Shown here in pieces: positions 36,898 through 47,234 of a stretch of 64,000 bases of DNA. The DNA is from a virus. The DNA is taken from positions 32,001-96,000 of the IMG/VR virus record IMGVR_UViG_3300045988_172839. One strand, given 5' to 3'. Each line of letters starts with the position of its first letter. The first letter of the stretch is position 1. The notes below the pieces were generated by a model. It was not told the origin of the DNA. It saw only the letters and a list, made by a program, of their open reading frames with translations, and made no database searches. The translations under genes were made by a program, and so were the position numbers.

Positions 36898-39447
36898 CTA
36901 CGCATCATTGTCTGATTTACTATCTTTCTTCATTTCCTTGTCCAAGGCATCAAACTTACTTTGAGTATCTACTTGACCAGAAGACCGTGCAGTTGGTTTA
37001 TCAAATAGACCTTCAAGTTCTTTAGCTACCTCAGTATCAGCTTGTTTAGAAGCCGAAGACTGTGTACGTTTAGAACTTCTGTTTCGCCCAAACATTCGCT
37101 TAAACCTAGAACCTGCACCACCCAAATTTCTCCTAGTAAAGTCTGATGCAGAACTTGTCGCATTACCTACAGCATCACGAACTCGACTATTTGAAGCACT
37201 AGATACCGAAGAATCTACCCCACTAGCAATATTCTTTACTTTCTCTAAGTTGCCAACAACTAAACTTGCAGCCATCTGTACACCGGCTTTCACTGGGATA
37301 GAAACAATACGAGCATTTCTATAAAGACCTTTAAACAAATTCGCTACTGCGACCCAATACAAAGCACAAGCAACTAAAGTAACTGCAATTAAAACCCCCA
37401 TAGTGGAACGTGGAGAATTAAAGGACTGACTCTCACCTAAACTGCCAGTTACAAGTTGGTTTCCACCATCACCCATAAGAATAGAAACAGTGAAGGCTAA
37501 CATAATGTTTACACCTAATACTAGTAAGAAAGGTAACATGCACTCAGTTGCAAAAGACTTAACTAATGTTTTATCTTGACGAATAAAGGATGCAAATACC
37601 GAGAGCATCATAGCAATAGGCAAGCAACACAGAATTAAAATCAAGAGAGTAGGAACCAAGTACACTACTACAAAGGAGTTGAACCACATCATGAAGAGTG
37701 TTACAAACCCATCTTTCTCAGCTACAATCTCATAAATGTCTGACTTCAAGGTTTGGTTATATACCAAACTCTCACCTGTCGCATTCTGTAAAATCATACG
37801 AAGGAAAGCGTCCCAACCAAAAGCTTTCAATTCAAAGCCTTGAGGTTCAAATACCACTTGACGTTGGTTGAACCCTGTTTGAGAAAAGATACGGTTGAAG
37901 TCGAAAGTCGCAATCATAGCACTTGCAGTATTCAATACTACATCATCAAGAGTGTAATAGTTCATAACATTTAACCAATCATTACGAACTTCTTTCGCTA
38001 CCTCTTGAAGTTTCTTCTCAACTTGTGTTAAATCAGACTCTTTCAAACCATAGTATAGCATTTCACTCTCTGAAAATACCATCGGACGAATAGTATAAGC
38101 AGCCGGGTTCATTGGCTCAGATACCACTTGCTTTTGACCTGCGTATTCAATCGTTTCAGGTTTTGCAATGTCTAACTCATACAAGTAATCTACCCAAGCA
38201 GTATAAGTTCTATAGGCGTTATCTGATGAGTAGTTGAACCAAGTCTTATAGTAAGCTTCAGACTCTTTATCCGTAATCGCATCAAGCTCTGTACGTTTTG
38301 TTCCATAACCTGCGTATGGTTTTGTACCGTAAGTATCACTCCACTGCAACAAGGTTTTGTTGGCTTCACGCAAGTAAGGAATAGTTACAGTAAATAGAGA
38401 ACCAAAGTCTAGGAAGTCTTTCATAGCTCCATAACCAGGTTTACCTGCTTCCATTTGGTAGTTGTAGAAGAATGAGTCATTTTTCTCTAACATCATCTTC
38501 TTAAACTCACCACTTGAACCTGCTTTAGTACTTAAACCATTATCGTAAAGCCCCCAAGACAAGTAATAGAATGGAGACTCTGTATAAAGAGCAAAAGCAG
38601 ACAACGACACCGCATCCTCTTGAGGAATTGCCTTTCCAGTTGTAGACTTGTTGGCTTTCGCCATTTGGTCTTGTAATGTCTCTTTGTGGTTATTGAAGTT
38701 TCGCTTAGACAGAATGAAGTAATCTTCATTCAAACCCACTTCATCTCCTACTTTCACTTGGCTCAAATCTTGTGTTGAAGTCTTTGCAATCGTATTTGAC
38801 GAAATCGGAGCGAAAATCCGTTTCATGGTTTTTGTATCAACTGAACCTGTTGAAGACGTTCCTTTACGGTCATTGATAAACCCAAGTTTAGAACGTTGTA
38901 ACAAAGTTTGATGGTTTGGTTTATCTGAACTCTCCAAACTCAAATACTCTTGCATAGAAGAGCGAATATCCGACGGAGTTACAGAGTTTGAAACATTTAA
39001 GGTCTTATCTGTTTGAGGGAACATAGTTGCAAGACCCTCAGACCATGAACCAATGTTAAATACAATCGCACCATTTGTTGAGATATTATCACCCATAATA
39101 TTCCCATAATACATACGAGAATAGTCGGCAATGTCGGGATACCCTCTGTACAGGTAATTTGTATCTAACCCTGTGTAATCTTCATTCGACAAACCATTGG
39201 AAAGCAAAGCCGAAGTCAAAGGAGAGTCAATCAAGTTCTTTCCACTTGCATCATTATCTTTTCTCTTCTCTCCGTTGTCTTTCTTCTTCTCTTTATCTTT
39301 CTTGTCTTTATCTTTATCCTTACTCTCCTCCGCATGAACAATGCTCGGACTAAGGACACTTAAACTGGATAGAAAGCTAGGAGCGATGAGTACCCCAAGG
39401 GATACCCCTACCAAAGTCCACTGCTTCATCTTTTTAGTTGTTATCAT
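36898..39447 (-). CDS. Large polytopic membrane protein, VirB6/TcpH/ConG-like by architecture.
   Basis: 849 aa: signal peptide, K/D-rich stretch, about 550-aa extracytoplasmic region, then about 6 TM helices and a S/R-rich tail. Confidence 0.5.
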   Translation of the reverse strand: MITTKKMKQWTLVGVSLGVLIAPSFLSSLSVLSPSIVHAEESKDKDKDKKDKEKKKDNGEKRKDNDASGKNLIDSPLTSALLSNGLSNEDYTGLDTNYLYRGYPDIADYSRMYYGNIMGDNISTNGAIVFNIGSWSEGLATMFPQTDKTLNVSNSVTPSDIRSSMQEYLSLESSDKPNHQTLLQRSKLGFINDRKGTSSTGSVDTKTMKRIFAPISSNTIAKTSTQDLSQVKVGDEVGLNEDYFILSKRNFNNHKETLQDQMAKANKSTTGKAIPQEDAVSLSAFALYTESPFYYLSWGLYDNGLSTKAGSSGEFKKMMLEKNDSFFYNYQMEAGKPGYGAMKDFLDFGSLFTVTIPYLREANKTLLQWSDTYGTKPYAGYGTKRTELDAITDKESEAYYKTWFNYSSDNAYRTYTAWVDYLYELDIAKPETIEYAGQKQVVSEPMNPAAYTIRPMVFSESEMLYYGLKESDLTQVEKKLQEVAKEVRNDWLNVMNYYTLDDVVLNTASAMIATFDFNRIFSQTGFNQRQVVFEPQGFELKAFGWDAFLRMILQNATGESLVYNQTLKSDIYEIVAEKDGFVTLFMMWFNSFVVVYLVPTLLILILCCLPIAMMLSVFASFIRQDKTLVKSFATECMLPFLLVLGVNIMLAFTVSILMGDGGNQLVTGSLGESQSFNSPRSTMGVLIAVTLVACALYWVAVANLFKGLYRNARIVSIPVKAGVQMAASLVVGNLEKVKNIASGVDSSVSSASNSRVRDAVGNATSSASDFTRRNLGGAGSRFKRMFGRNRSSKRTQSSASKQADTEVAKELEGLFDKPTARSSGQVDTQSKFDALDKEMKKDSKSDNDA

Positions 39448-39462
39448 AAAGCTCAGAACCTC

Positions 39463-42400
39463 CTACTCACCTTGCTTTTTATCTTTGTTTGCTTCATCAA
39501 CACTATTTGAAGTGACTTGTTTTAAGTCACGTTTAACTTGTTGAATGTAACCATCTTTCTTAGGAGCCATCCAACGAACTTTAACCGATGCACCAAGAGT
39601 TTGTTGCCACTCATATACATCTGTTTCTCCTTCGTTTTCAGAACCACCCCAACCACCTTGTAGTTTCACTAGTAAGGCAGTGTAGTTGTCATAGTTCCCC
39701 GTTTCAGCAGCTTTTTGAAGTTGTGCTACCGAGTCAGAATAGTTTTGGTGTGTTGCCATAACCCAAAACATAAACTTATCTTTGAAGAAATAAGAATTTA
39801 TCTGATTAGTCAAATGAGTTGAAGCATCAATCATCTTAGGTGGACTGTACAAAAGATACCCAAAGGCTAAAATAGAAAGAACTGCTGGTACCACTCGGAT
39901 TTGACCTACGAATAAGAATACTAACATCAAGAAAGAAGCTACAATCAAAATAGTGACACCCCAAGAAGAGAACTTAGAATACAAGTAGTCTGTAAACTTA
40001 ATTTCATTCATCTTAGGTATAGTTGCAAAACCAGTTAACTCCAAGTAACGAGTTGTACCTGAGTAACTAGAAGCTGTGTTTGCACCCACCATATCTTGTA
40101 ATGAACTTAACATGGTTTGGTTCATAAAGGTTTTAGACCAACGTTGTTTGTACTCACGACCTTTAGTTGGGTTCAACATGAAGTAAGCCATATTTTTCAA
40201 TACATGATCTAAATCTTCCTCCTCACCCTCAGAAGCTGCCTTCAATGCATCTTCATCAATAACAGAAGAGTTATCTAAGTTAATAACATAAGGAATGTCT
40301 TTATTGAGAGGATTAGCACGAACAAGTACAGTTGAAGCGTATAAGTTGATAGCGTATTTTTTGTCAGCAGTATCTTTCGGAGCTTCACCTGCGGTATCAA
40401 CTAAAGCCCCTTTTGAACCTTGTCCCACCCAATACCCACTACTGTCTAAGCGAGAAGACTGTAATGGAATATCTTGAGCTTTACCTACTAATAAGGTACC
40501 GTTGTCACCTAACTTCTTGAACTTATCGTTACCACTTGCAAACCCCTTATCATCAAAACTAATAATCTCATCAATTACTGGTTTTGTAAGTGACATATTT
40601 GATTTAAATTTATAAGAGTCATCTGAGAAAGGTTTCGCGTTCATAGAAACCCATGCATCTGCACCAGGTACATTTTTAGTTAAGTCAAACATCGTTCTTG
40701 AATCCCCAAATACAGGGAAAAACCCAGTTAAATAACCTTGAGGTAATGCGTAATCAGTAGAACCTGAACGAATTTCAGAATAAGAAGAACCAAAATCATA
40801 ACCTTCAACATTTCCCCCACTGTGGAAAATAGAGCCATCCTTAGTCAAAGTTGCGGACTCATTACCGTTACGAACTAACCACTGAGTATTTAATGCACTT
40901 TGTAAGACTGCACCTAAATCGTTAAAGTTATAAAAGTCAATCGACCAACCCCAACCAGAAGTATCTGCTGACTCTTTTCCTGCTACTACGGAATCATTTG
41001 CAATAGCCGAGTAAAATCGCAATTTACGGTCAACAGAACCACCTAAAGTTGCATTTGATCCGTCAACTGAAAGATACCCCTTTCCTTTAAGGAGAGCTAA
41101 GTTATTAAGGTTGTTAATCGAAATCTGACGACCCACACCCGTATTCGTGTTGTTATAAATCTCAGACATCTTCTCGTCTACACTAGAACTTTTAATATCA
41201 ACCTTTTTATCTTTCTCTTTATTGGAATTTTTGTTGGAATCTTTGTTCTTGTTATTCTCTTTGTCATTACTGGATGCAGTTGAACTATTTGTTGTATCGT
41301 TTATCTTCTTAGCATACATCATAGGGTTTTGCGAAGCTGGAATCACAACATAAGCACCTCTTTGATTTGAACCTGTTTCTGAAATTAAATTACCAAAACC
41401 ATCAGTATACATACCTGCTGAGTAGATAGAGCTATCATAGAACGGTTTCAAAGAACCTTGGTTCTTTGTTTTCATAGCAGCCGGTAAAGCACCACGTTCC
41501 TCATAATCAAACCCGTTTAAGTAAGCATTCAATTTCTCAGCTAAATGTCTATCATTTGACTTTAACAAGTCTACAACCTTACTATCTGACCCGTCTAAAG
41601 TCAAAACATTAGAACCCCAACTCTTAGAGGCATCAACTGAAGCAAAGTTTGTATAGAACGTAGCTTGGGATACCGTAGGGGTACCACTAGGGTCTGGATT
41701 CCACTCATAGACAATTTCTTGTCGTTTTAAGTCAGACTCTTTAGCTTTACTTTCCCTAACTAACCCTAATAAAGTACCTTTATCTACATTATACTCATAA
41801 CGATTTTTAAGAGAAACTTCATCATCTGTGGTTAATAACGACTTAGACCATAACCCTACAGAACCAAATAACACTTCAAAGTAAGTAGCTTTTGTTTGTA
41901 ATGACTTCCAAGTTTGACCATTATCATCTGACTTAGCTAAGTACAAAGGTTCAGATGTTTTAGCTCCTAAATTAGCAACAAGCTTCGCTAATTCACCCGC
42001 CGGATCATCAGCTAAACCAGCATGAGTTTTTAAAATGGTTTGAATGTCAGATTGTGCATCACCTACTGTATTTCCATTTATAGAGACACGTGTCGTAAAC
42101 GGAGAATACCAGTTAGAGATAAAGAACCCTACTGTTTTAACCTCTGCCGGGGAGAGTCCTTTTGCACCACCGGATAAAGAACCATCAGCTTCACCTGCTG
42201 CAATCTTTAATTGGTCAATAGAACGCTCTAAGGCAGAACTTTTCTGACCTTGTTTATTCTCAGCATAAGCAGTAGTATAGTCAACTTTTAAACCTAAAAC
42301 TGAACTCCCAACTTGTAAAGCAACTGAACCTAAAAGTAAGGACACCGAAGCTAAAGTGACAGTCTTACCTACAAAACTTCTAACTTTCTTTCTTCTACCC

Positions 42401-42624
42401 TCAACTGCTACTTGCTCCAAGGTCATCGGAACAAACTGACTCGTTGATTTTCTTTTATCTACCGATTTTCCTCCAAAGAATAAAATCGAATTCTCACGCA
42501 ACGAGTCTACAAAACGTGAGAACTTGTTTGTTTCCTTTAATTTAACTTGCTTATCTTTAATCTTCTTCTTTCCGAACATGAATTTAAAGATTCCTTTCTT
42601 GAAAAAAGAAACCTCAGTACCCAA
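39463..42624 (-). CDS. Very large (1053 aa) membrane/surface protein.
   Basis: N-terminal TM, a long extracytoplasmic region with an N/K/D/S low-complexity insert, and 3 C-terminal TM helices. TTG start in the track; the start is uncertain. Confidence 0.55.
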   Translation of the reverse strand: MGTEVSFFKKGIFKFMFGKKKIKDKQVKLKETNKFSRFVDSLRENSILFFGGKSVDKRKSTSQFVPMTLEQVAVEGRRKKVRSFVGKTVTLASVSLLLGSVALQVGSSVLGLKVDYTTAYAENKQGQKSSALERSIDQLKIAAGEADGSLSGGAKGLSPAEVKTVGFFISNWYSPFTTRVSINGNTVGDAQSDIQTILKTHAGLADDPAGELAKLVANLGAKTSEPLYLAKSDDNGQTWKSLQTKATYFEVLFGSVGLWSKSLLTTDDEVSLKNRYEYNVDKGTLLGLVRESKAKESDLKRQEIVYEWNPDPSGTPTVSQATFYTNFASVDASKSWGSNVLTLDGSDSKVVDLLKSNDRHLAEKLNAYLNGFDYEERGALPAAMKTKNQGSLKPFYDSSIYSAGMYTDGFGNLISETGSNQRGAYVVIPASQNPMMYAKKINDTTNSSTASSNDKENNKNKDSNKNSNKEKDKKVDIKSSSVDEKMSEIYNNTNTGVGRQISINNLNNLALLKGKGYLSVDGSNATLGGSVDRKLRFYSAIANDSVVAGKESADTSGWGWSIDFYNFNDLGAVLQSALNTQWLVRNGNESATLTKDGSIFHSGGNVEGYDFGSSYSEIRSGSTDYALPQGYLTGFFPVFGDSRTMFDLTKNVPGADAWVSMNAKPFSDDSYKFKSNMSLTKPVIDEIISFDDKGFASGNDKFKKLGDNGTLLVGKAQDIPLQSSRLDSSGYWVGQGSKGALVDTAGEAPKDTADKKYAINLYASTVLVRANPLNKDIPYVINLDNSSVIDEDALKAASEGEEEDLDHVLKNMAYFMLNPTKGREYKQRWSKTFMNQTMLSSLQDMVGANTASSYSGTTRYLELTGFATIPKMNEIKFTDYLYSKFSSWGVTILIVASFLMLVFLFVGQIRVVPAVLSILAFGYLLYSPPKMIDASTHLTNQINSYFFKDKFMFWVMATHQNYSDSVAQLQKAAETGNYDNYTALLVKLQGGWGGSENEGETDVYEWQQTLGASVKVRWMAPKKDGYIQQVKRDLKQVTSNSVDEANKDKKQGE

Positions 42625-42692
42625 CGATACCGAGGCTCCCTAGTTGCTTGCAATGAAACTTACCTATCAACGATAAGCTCCAAGAAAACAAC

Positions 42693-43568
42693 TTATCGGT
42701 TAAATAGATTGGCAAAGAATATCGCAAGAGCCGTGGCATTACCAATCATAATGTAGGCTAAACAAGCACCTGTTACCACTAATTTTGGAACAGAGCGAGA
42801 CAAGTACGTTATCATGTAATTTGAGTGCGCACCTTTTGAAATACCATCTTTATAAGAGAACCAAGCTTCAGGTGAAATCAACACAGGGCGCTTGTCTCCT
42901 TTCTTCATAAAGTGATACATCAAACTTGGAGTCATCATTGCGAAAACATCCATCGCCATAGAGATACCAACTGTTGCACAAATCAAAATTGTAAGAATAC
43001 CCAACAAAGTACCTAATGGACTTGTAAAGAATTTCAAAATGTTTTGTGCTTCATTTAAGTCAGCCGTTACATCAGAGTTAACTGCTTGTAGAACACTTGA
43101 AATATTCGTATCTTGGTCTTCTACAAATTTATAGAGCCTTGCTCTATCTCTTGCAGATAAACCCCCTGAACGGTCATCTTTCAAGTTACTCAAAGCTATA
43201 TCCATGATTTTCTGACGAGTATTCATAGGATATTCCAAAAAGTTCTTACGGTCAATCGAAACTCGCTTTTTACTACTGTTGTAGTAAACAAACTTCCAAC
43301 CGTCAGATACTTGATCTGAACGTACAACTAACTGTACTCTAATCTCATTATTGATGTTATCAACAACTGAGGACACCCCTGCTTCACTGTCTACAATGAC
43401 AAAAGGCATACTATTCTCGCTCACAGTAGTTGCATCAAACTTCGCTCTAGCTTGTACAACATCTACCAAAAGATTGGAGTTGGGAGAAGAAAACCCCCAC
43501 AACCCCAAATTAACTACTAAGGATAACAAGGCTACTTGTAAAACTCTGACGAATTTTAACTGTGCCAT
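42693..43568 (-). CDS. Secreted/membrane protein, paralogue family member A.
   Basis: The ATG at 43566-43568 has a GAGG RBS and gives the signal peptide MAQLKFVRVLQVALLSLVV.... The C-terminal TM hairpin carries the motif MTPSLMYHF. Confidence 0.6.
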   Translation of the reverse strand: MAQLKFVRVLQVALLSLVVNLGLWGFSSPNSNLLVDVVQARAKFDATTVSENSMPFVIVDSEAGVSSVVDNINNEIRVQLVVRSDQVSDGWKFVYYNSSKKRVSIDRKNFLEYPMNTRQKIMDIALSNLKDDRSGGLSARDRARLYKFVEDQDTNISSVLQAVNSDVTADLNEAQNILKFFTSPLGTLLGILTILICATVGISMAMDVFAMMTPSLMYHFMKKGDKRPVLISPEAWFSYKDGISKGAHSNYMITYLSRSVPKLVVTGACLAYIMIGNATALAIFFANLFNR

Positions 43569-43598
43569 ATAAAACCTCGTTTCTGACGAACCGACCAA

Positions 43599-44498
43599 TT
43601 ACAATCCAACAAGGGATGCAAAAAGTGTTGAAATCGGGCCGACCAAGACCAACATAGAGTTGGTTGCGAAGAAAATCAAGATTAACGCATAAGCGAGCAT
43701 CATTACCCAAGTCTTACCAATGTAAATAAGAAGTGGGTTTCCACCTTTATCCAAAGCTTGGTCGTTGGCAGTAACCGCTTGTTTCGGAATAATGCTTGCA
43801 ATATAACCCCTCGCACCTTTAGCACTCTCAGCATCTTTTACAAAATACTGGAATGAAGGAGTCATGAAGTAGAACACTGCAATCGCCAAATGGATAAAGA
43901 ATGAGAATGAAGCTAAAATCAAGAATACCGCAATCGCACTGTTAAAGAATGGATAGAACGGAGCCAAGAAGTTTGAAGCAGCATCCCAGTCAGCAGCTAC
44001 ATCAGCAGTTGCGACAGAAATGAGATACCCTGCCGTAGATTTACGAACTTCTCTCATGTCTTTCCAGAATTTGTTAACAGTACCTTTTGTGACTGCGTTA
44101 TTTGTAGCTTCACCTGACTCAATCGCTGTCGCATCTCTGTCAGCAGTCTTTTTAACTGCTCTATTGATGTCTTGAATGACCTTGTTTTTGTCACCCTCAG
44201 TCAATTTGTCAAAGTTACTTGTAACTTCACCTTTTTGGTTATAAATCTTAGAACCAGTGAGACCATCACCTGTAGTTGTACGATAAGTGTTTCCTGAAAC
44301 CTCATCGTAAACCTTCTCTTGAAGTCGACTCATAGACTCTGAACTAGCATTTGCATCAGAACCACCCAAAGCGTGCACTTCTGCAATATCGGTAAAGTTT
44401 GTGACACCACTCACTTCAGACATATAACCTGCGCCTACTAAACTAGCAGACATTAAAACTGTTGCAAGAATTCCTCTTGCTGTTTTAGAAATGTTCAT
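43599..44498 (-). CDS. Secreted/membrane protein, paralogue family member B.
   Basis: Signal peptide MNISKTARGILATVLMSASLVGAG. The C-terminal TM hairpin carries the motif MTPSFQYFV. It is in tandem with member A. Confidence 0.6.
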   Translation of the reverse strand: MNISKTARGILATVLMSASLVGAGYMSEVSGVTNFTDIAEVHALGGSDANASSESMSRLQEKVYDEVSGNTYRTTTGDGLTGSKIYNQKGEVTSNFDKLTEGDKNKVIQDINRAVKKTADRDATAIESGEATNNAVTKGTVNKFWKDMREVRKSTAGYLISVATADVAADWDAASNFLAPFYPFFNSAIAVFLILASFSFFIHLAIAVFYFMTPSFQYFVKDAESAKGARGYIASIIPKQAVTANDQALDKGGNPLLIYIGKTWVMMLAYALILIFFATNSMLVLVGPISTLFASLVGL

Positions 44499-44653
44499 AG
44501 ATAAACCTCAAATCTGGTTAAAGTTGTTGGAGCAACTTTACCTTTTATTTTTATTAGTTTATCCTACTACAATACGAAATAACTTTCGTTCTGCTCTCTT
44601 ATTGCTACTTCCAATAACAATAAGACAACGGTTTGAGGTGTACGAAAGTACCC

Positions 44654-45376
44654 TCAACTAAAATAGTGTAAGATAGAAATCCCTCCTAAATCCAACAAGA
44701 CCAAAGCTAACATACCATATTGTATGATAGACAAAGCTTTTCGTATCGCCATTTCCCACTCCGAACCTGTTTTGAAGGTTGAGATACCGGGCACCAAACG
44801 AATAGTTGTGAACATAGGAATGTTTGGAAAGAATATTTTGATGAAAACACCAAGAGCGAATCGGATTCCTTCCGTAGTTAACATATCTAACACTAAATGG
44901 GAAATAACCCCAAGTCCAAACCCTGTGACTATTAGTAACCATAACAGAGGGTCAAAACGTCCTGTAAATCCTAAGAAAGTTGGACTGAACATCAACCACA
45001 ATATCATGAGAAGTGTAAACTCACTATGTGTTTGCCACGAGCGATGGATACACCTCATGAATTTCAAAGTTTTATACAGAACAGAGCTTTTCTTCTGTTT
45101 GCTACTTAATCTCTCATCTAGCTTCTTGTAAGGTGTGTTTGCAATATGCAAGACCTTATTTTGTAACCAAGAAGCCGGGTCTTTTAATGGACTCGAATCC
45201 CAATGGTGGTCGTTATCCGACCACATACCACCATAAATCCCCGCTGTGTAAATGACCAAGAACTGTAACGCTGGAGAAATCAAATCACTTTGTATTAAAT
45301 AACCTGAGTCTTTCAAGGTTATGAACCCAGCCATTGCACACACCGTACCACCTAATCTGTGAGTTTTACCCTCCAT
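44654..45376 (-). CDS. Membrane-bound metal-dependent hydrolase, YdjM/DUF457-like.
   Basis: The MEGKTHRLGG start is typical of the family (from memory). Multiple TM helices with conserved His/Asp positions. Confidence 0.4.
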   Translation of the reverse strand: MEGKTHRLGGTVCAMAGFITLKDSGYLIQSDLISPALQFLVIYTAGIYGGMWSDNDHHWDSSPLKDPASWLQNKVLHIANTPYKKLDERLSSKQKKSSVLYKTLKFMRCIHRSWQTHSEFTLLMILWLMFSPTFLGFTGRFDPLLWLLIVTGFGLGVISHLVLDMLTTEGIRFALGVFIKIFFPNIPMFTTIRLVPGISTFKTGSEWEMAIRKALSIIQYGMLALVLLDLGGISILHYFS

Positions 45377-45379
45377 AGG

Positions 45380-45862
45380 TTACTTCCCCACTAATTCTTT
45401 AAAGTCTTTGGTACAAACCAAACGAACTTGTACTCCTACCTGTTTCTTAAGTGTTAAAACTGCTGAACCTACTTTTACCTTATTCCAAGACCTTGTGGCG
45501 CTTGGGTTAAAGGAAATTAAGTTAATGTAGGATACCGCTGAACCACTCGCAACTTCTTGATAAGTCAACTCTTGAAACTTTTGCAGTACCGATTGTACAA
45601 CAGTTAGTGACAAGCCCAAGGACTCGCTCACTCGTTTTAACAAATAAGTCTGAGGTAGCACTTTCCGAGCTTGGTCTTTTGAAACAGTTACTTTCATAAA
45701 TAACCCTTCGAACACATCAAAGGAATACCCTTTAGTAATCGCTTCAAAGCAAACTTCTCTATAGTATGAAACAATGTTGTCTACGGTTTCATACTTCAAA
45801 TGAACTAATTTACTTACTTCTTTTATAACCTCTACATAAGGCAACCGAGCCTTTGTACTCAT
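45380..45862 (-). CDS. Hypothetical protein; two HU/IHF-like helical repeats.
   Basis: YVEVIKEVSKLVHLKYETVDNIVSYYREVCFEAITKG and YLLKRVSESLGLSLTVVQSVLQKFQELTYQEV resemble the N-terminal helices of HU. The call is weak. Confidence 0.3.
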   Translation of the reverse strand: MSTKARLPYVEVIKEVSKLVHLKYETVDNIVSYYREVCFEAITKGYSFDVFEGLFMKVTVSKDQARKVLPQTYLLKRVSESLGLSLTVVQSVLQKFQELTYQEVASGSAVSYINLISFNPSATRSWNKVKVGSAVLTLKKQVGVQVRLVCTKDFKELVGK

Positions 45863-45902
45863 GCGAACTGAACCTCATCTTACTAAACTGCGAACTTGAA
45901 TT

Positions 45903-46196
45903 TTAGAAAACTGTCAAATTTCTAAATCCAATTAAGAACTGTGTTGGTATTTCTTGTTGTTGGAATTGAAGTCGAGATTGAACCGTAGGGTTCGATAAGA
46001 CCTCCAACATCAAAGGTAATTCTTGGTCGGATACCTCAATGCAACAATGTGTTACTCGACCTTTCAAAGTCTTTTCAGCTAACTCCAATAAGTCAGCCTC
46101 CAAGCGCCTTTTCATTAAGTGAGCATGGTGTCCACCGAACCTTGAATCCCCACTGTTCTTTAAATTATTAAATATTTTTAAGTCTAAGAAAGCCAT
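45903..46196 (-). CDS. Hypothetical protein.
   Basis: 97-aa ORF. Confidence 0.5.
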   Translation of the reverse strand: MAFLDLKIFNNLKNSGDSRFGGHHAHLMKRRLEADLLELAEKTLKGRVTHCCIEVSDQELPLMLEVLSNPTVQSRLQFQQQEIPTQFLIGFRNLTVF

Positions 46197-46208
46197 GAAC
46201 TCACCTTC

Positions 46209-47231
46209 TTATCCACGCCCTGATATAAAGCGGAAACCTTGTAGAAGTAGGTTCCAAGCACCTTTAATCAAGGCAATAATTAGGGATACCGCTTGACCTT
46301 GAAACTCAGTCGCAAAGGACGTTCCAAAGATTACAAAGGCAACACCTAAAGCAACTAAAGTTTTCATGTGAAGTGATACATAACGACTCAACAAGTTACC
46401 GGTTGAAACCATAGGTTTGTTCTGCATTCCTTGGTTCATTCCACCCATACCCATGCCACGGTTCATGCCCATCGGGGAACCCATAGGAGCGCCCATTCCC
46501 ATACCGCCACGGTTCATGCCCATGCCACCTGCACCTTGCATTTGTTGAGAACCTGTACTCAACCCTGCACTCTCAATGATTTGACGAGCGTCATAAGACA
46601 AAGTGAAGAAAGAACCAATGAAACCTTTCAAACTAAAACCTTGGTCTTGACTCGGTTGTTTGTTCATGAAATATTCACGGGGACCAGACCATACCAAACA
46701 AAGTACATCTACAGAAGTTTGGAAGAAATACCCAAAAGTCGCAAGACCCCATAAAATATTGGCTAGGAACATCAACCCATAACCGACTGGAGCTAAAGCG
46801 TCCATCGCCATATCCCAACTAGAGTCTCTACTTGTATTGACCGCTTTGTTAATCTGATCTAATGCACGGTCTTTTGAAGGCTCTGGAATGGCGTCTCTTA
46901 CATTCTGCAAAATGTTGTTAGCTTGCTCACGTGTAATTGTATTTGTCGTGTCAACTGCATCGGATACCGCTGATGAAGAGTCAGGGACTCCACCTAACGA
47001 GTCTGTATTTGCAAAAGCAGTTGTAGGTAGAAGAGCTAAAGTATTCAGAAAAACAATACTTTCTAAGGCGAATTTTCTCCCTTTAAATTCTCTATTTAGG
47101 ACTAAATCCGAAATTCTCCCCAAAATCGACACCAACTTTCTGTTTATTTCGTTTATTTTATCAAAAAAGTTTTTCCTTGACAAGCATTTCTTAACAAAAA
47201 ATAAGAGTGGTCTGCCAACCACTCTTGCCAA
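46209..47231 (-). CDS. Secreted/membrane protein, distant paralogue C, with a Met/Gly-rich low-complexity loop.
   Basis: Same layout as members A and B (signal-like segment ending TTAFA, soluble region, TM hairpin), plus GMGMNRGGMGMGAPMGSPMGMNRGMGMGGMNQGM. TTG start; the start is uncertain. Confidence 0.55.
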   Translation of the reverse strand: MARVVGRPLLFFVKKCLSRKNFFDKINEINRKLVSILGRISDLVLNREFKGRKFALESIVFLNTLALLPTTAFANTDSLGGVPDSSSAVSDAVDTTNTITREQANNILQNVRDAIPEPSKDRALDQINKAVNTSRDSSWDMAMDALAPVGYGLMFLANILWGLATFGYFFQTSVDVLCLVWSGPREYFMNKQPSQDQGFSLKGFIGSFFTLSYDARQIIESAGLSTGSQQMQGAGGMGMNRGGMGMGAPMGSPMGMNRGMGMGGMNQGMQNKPMVSTGNLLSRYVSLHMKTLVALGVAFVIFGTSFATEFQGQAVSLIIALIKGAWNLLLQGFRFISGRG

Positions 47232-47234
47232 TCT

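Larger units (their letters stand above)
21212..47231 (-). mobile_element. Gram-positive conjugation (type IV secretion) gene module.
   Basis: A co-directional set: FtsK-like coupling ATPase, VirB4-like ATPase, PG hydrolase, VirB6-like polytopic protein and many single-pass TM proteins. This is the canonical content of Tcp/Con/Prg-type T4SS loci. Confidence 0.65.

Noticed and set aside
44521-44555. The hairpin aaagttg-ttggag-caacttt followed by a T-run on the plus strand, read as a plus-strand terminator.
   Set aside because: There is no plus-strand gene to terminate, and on the minus strand it lacks a T-tract. It is probably incidental or a minor RNA structure in the leader of the gene at 43599..44498.
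39230-46560. Short tandem-looking repeats at about 39230-39330 (KDK codons), 41190-41290 (N/K/D/S codons) and 46430-46560 (Met/Gly codons), considered as possible CRISPR or satellite arrays.
   Set aside because: They are in-frame low-complexity coding segments of long ORFs. There are no regular repeat-spacer units and no cas genes.
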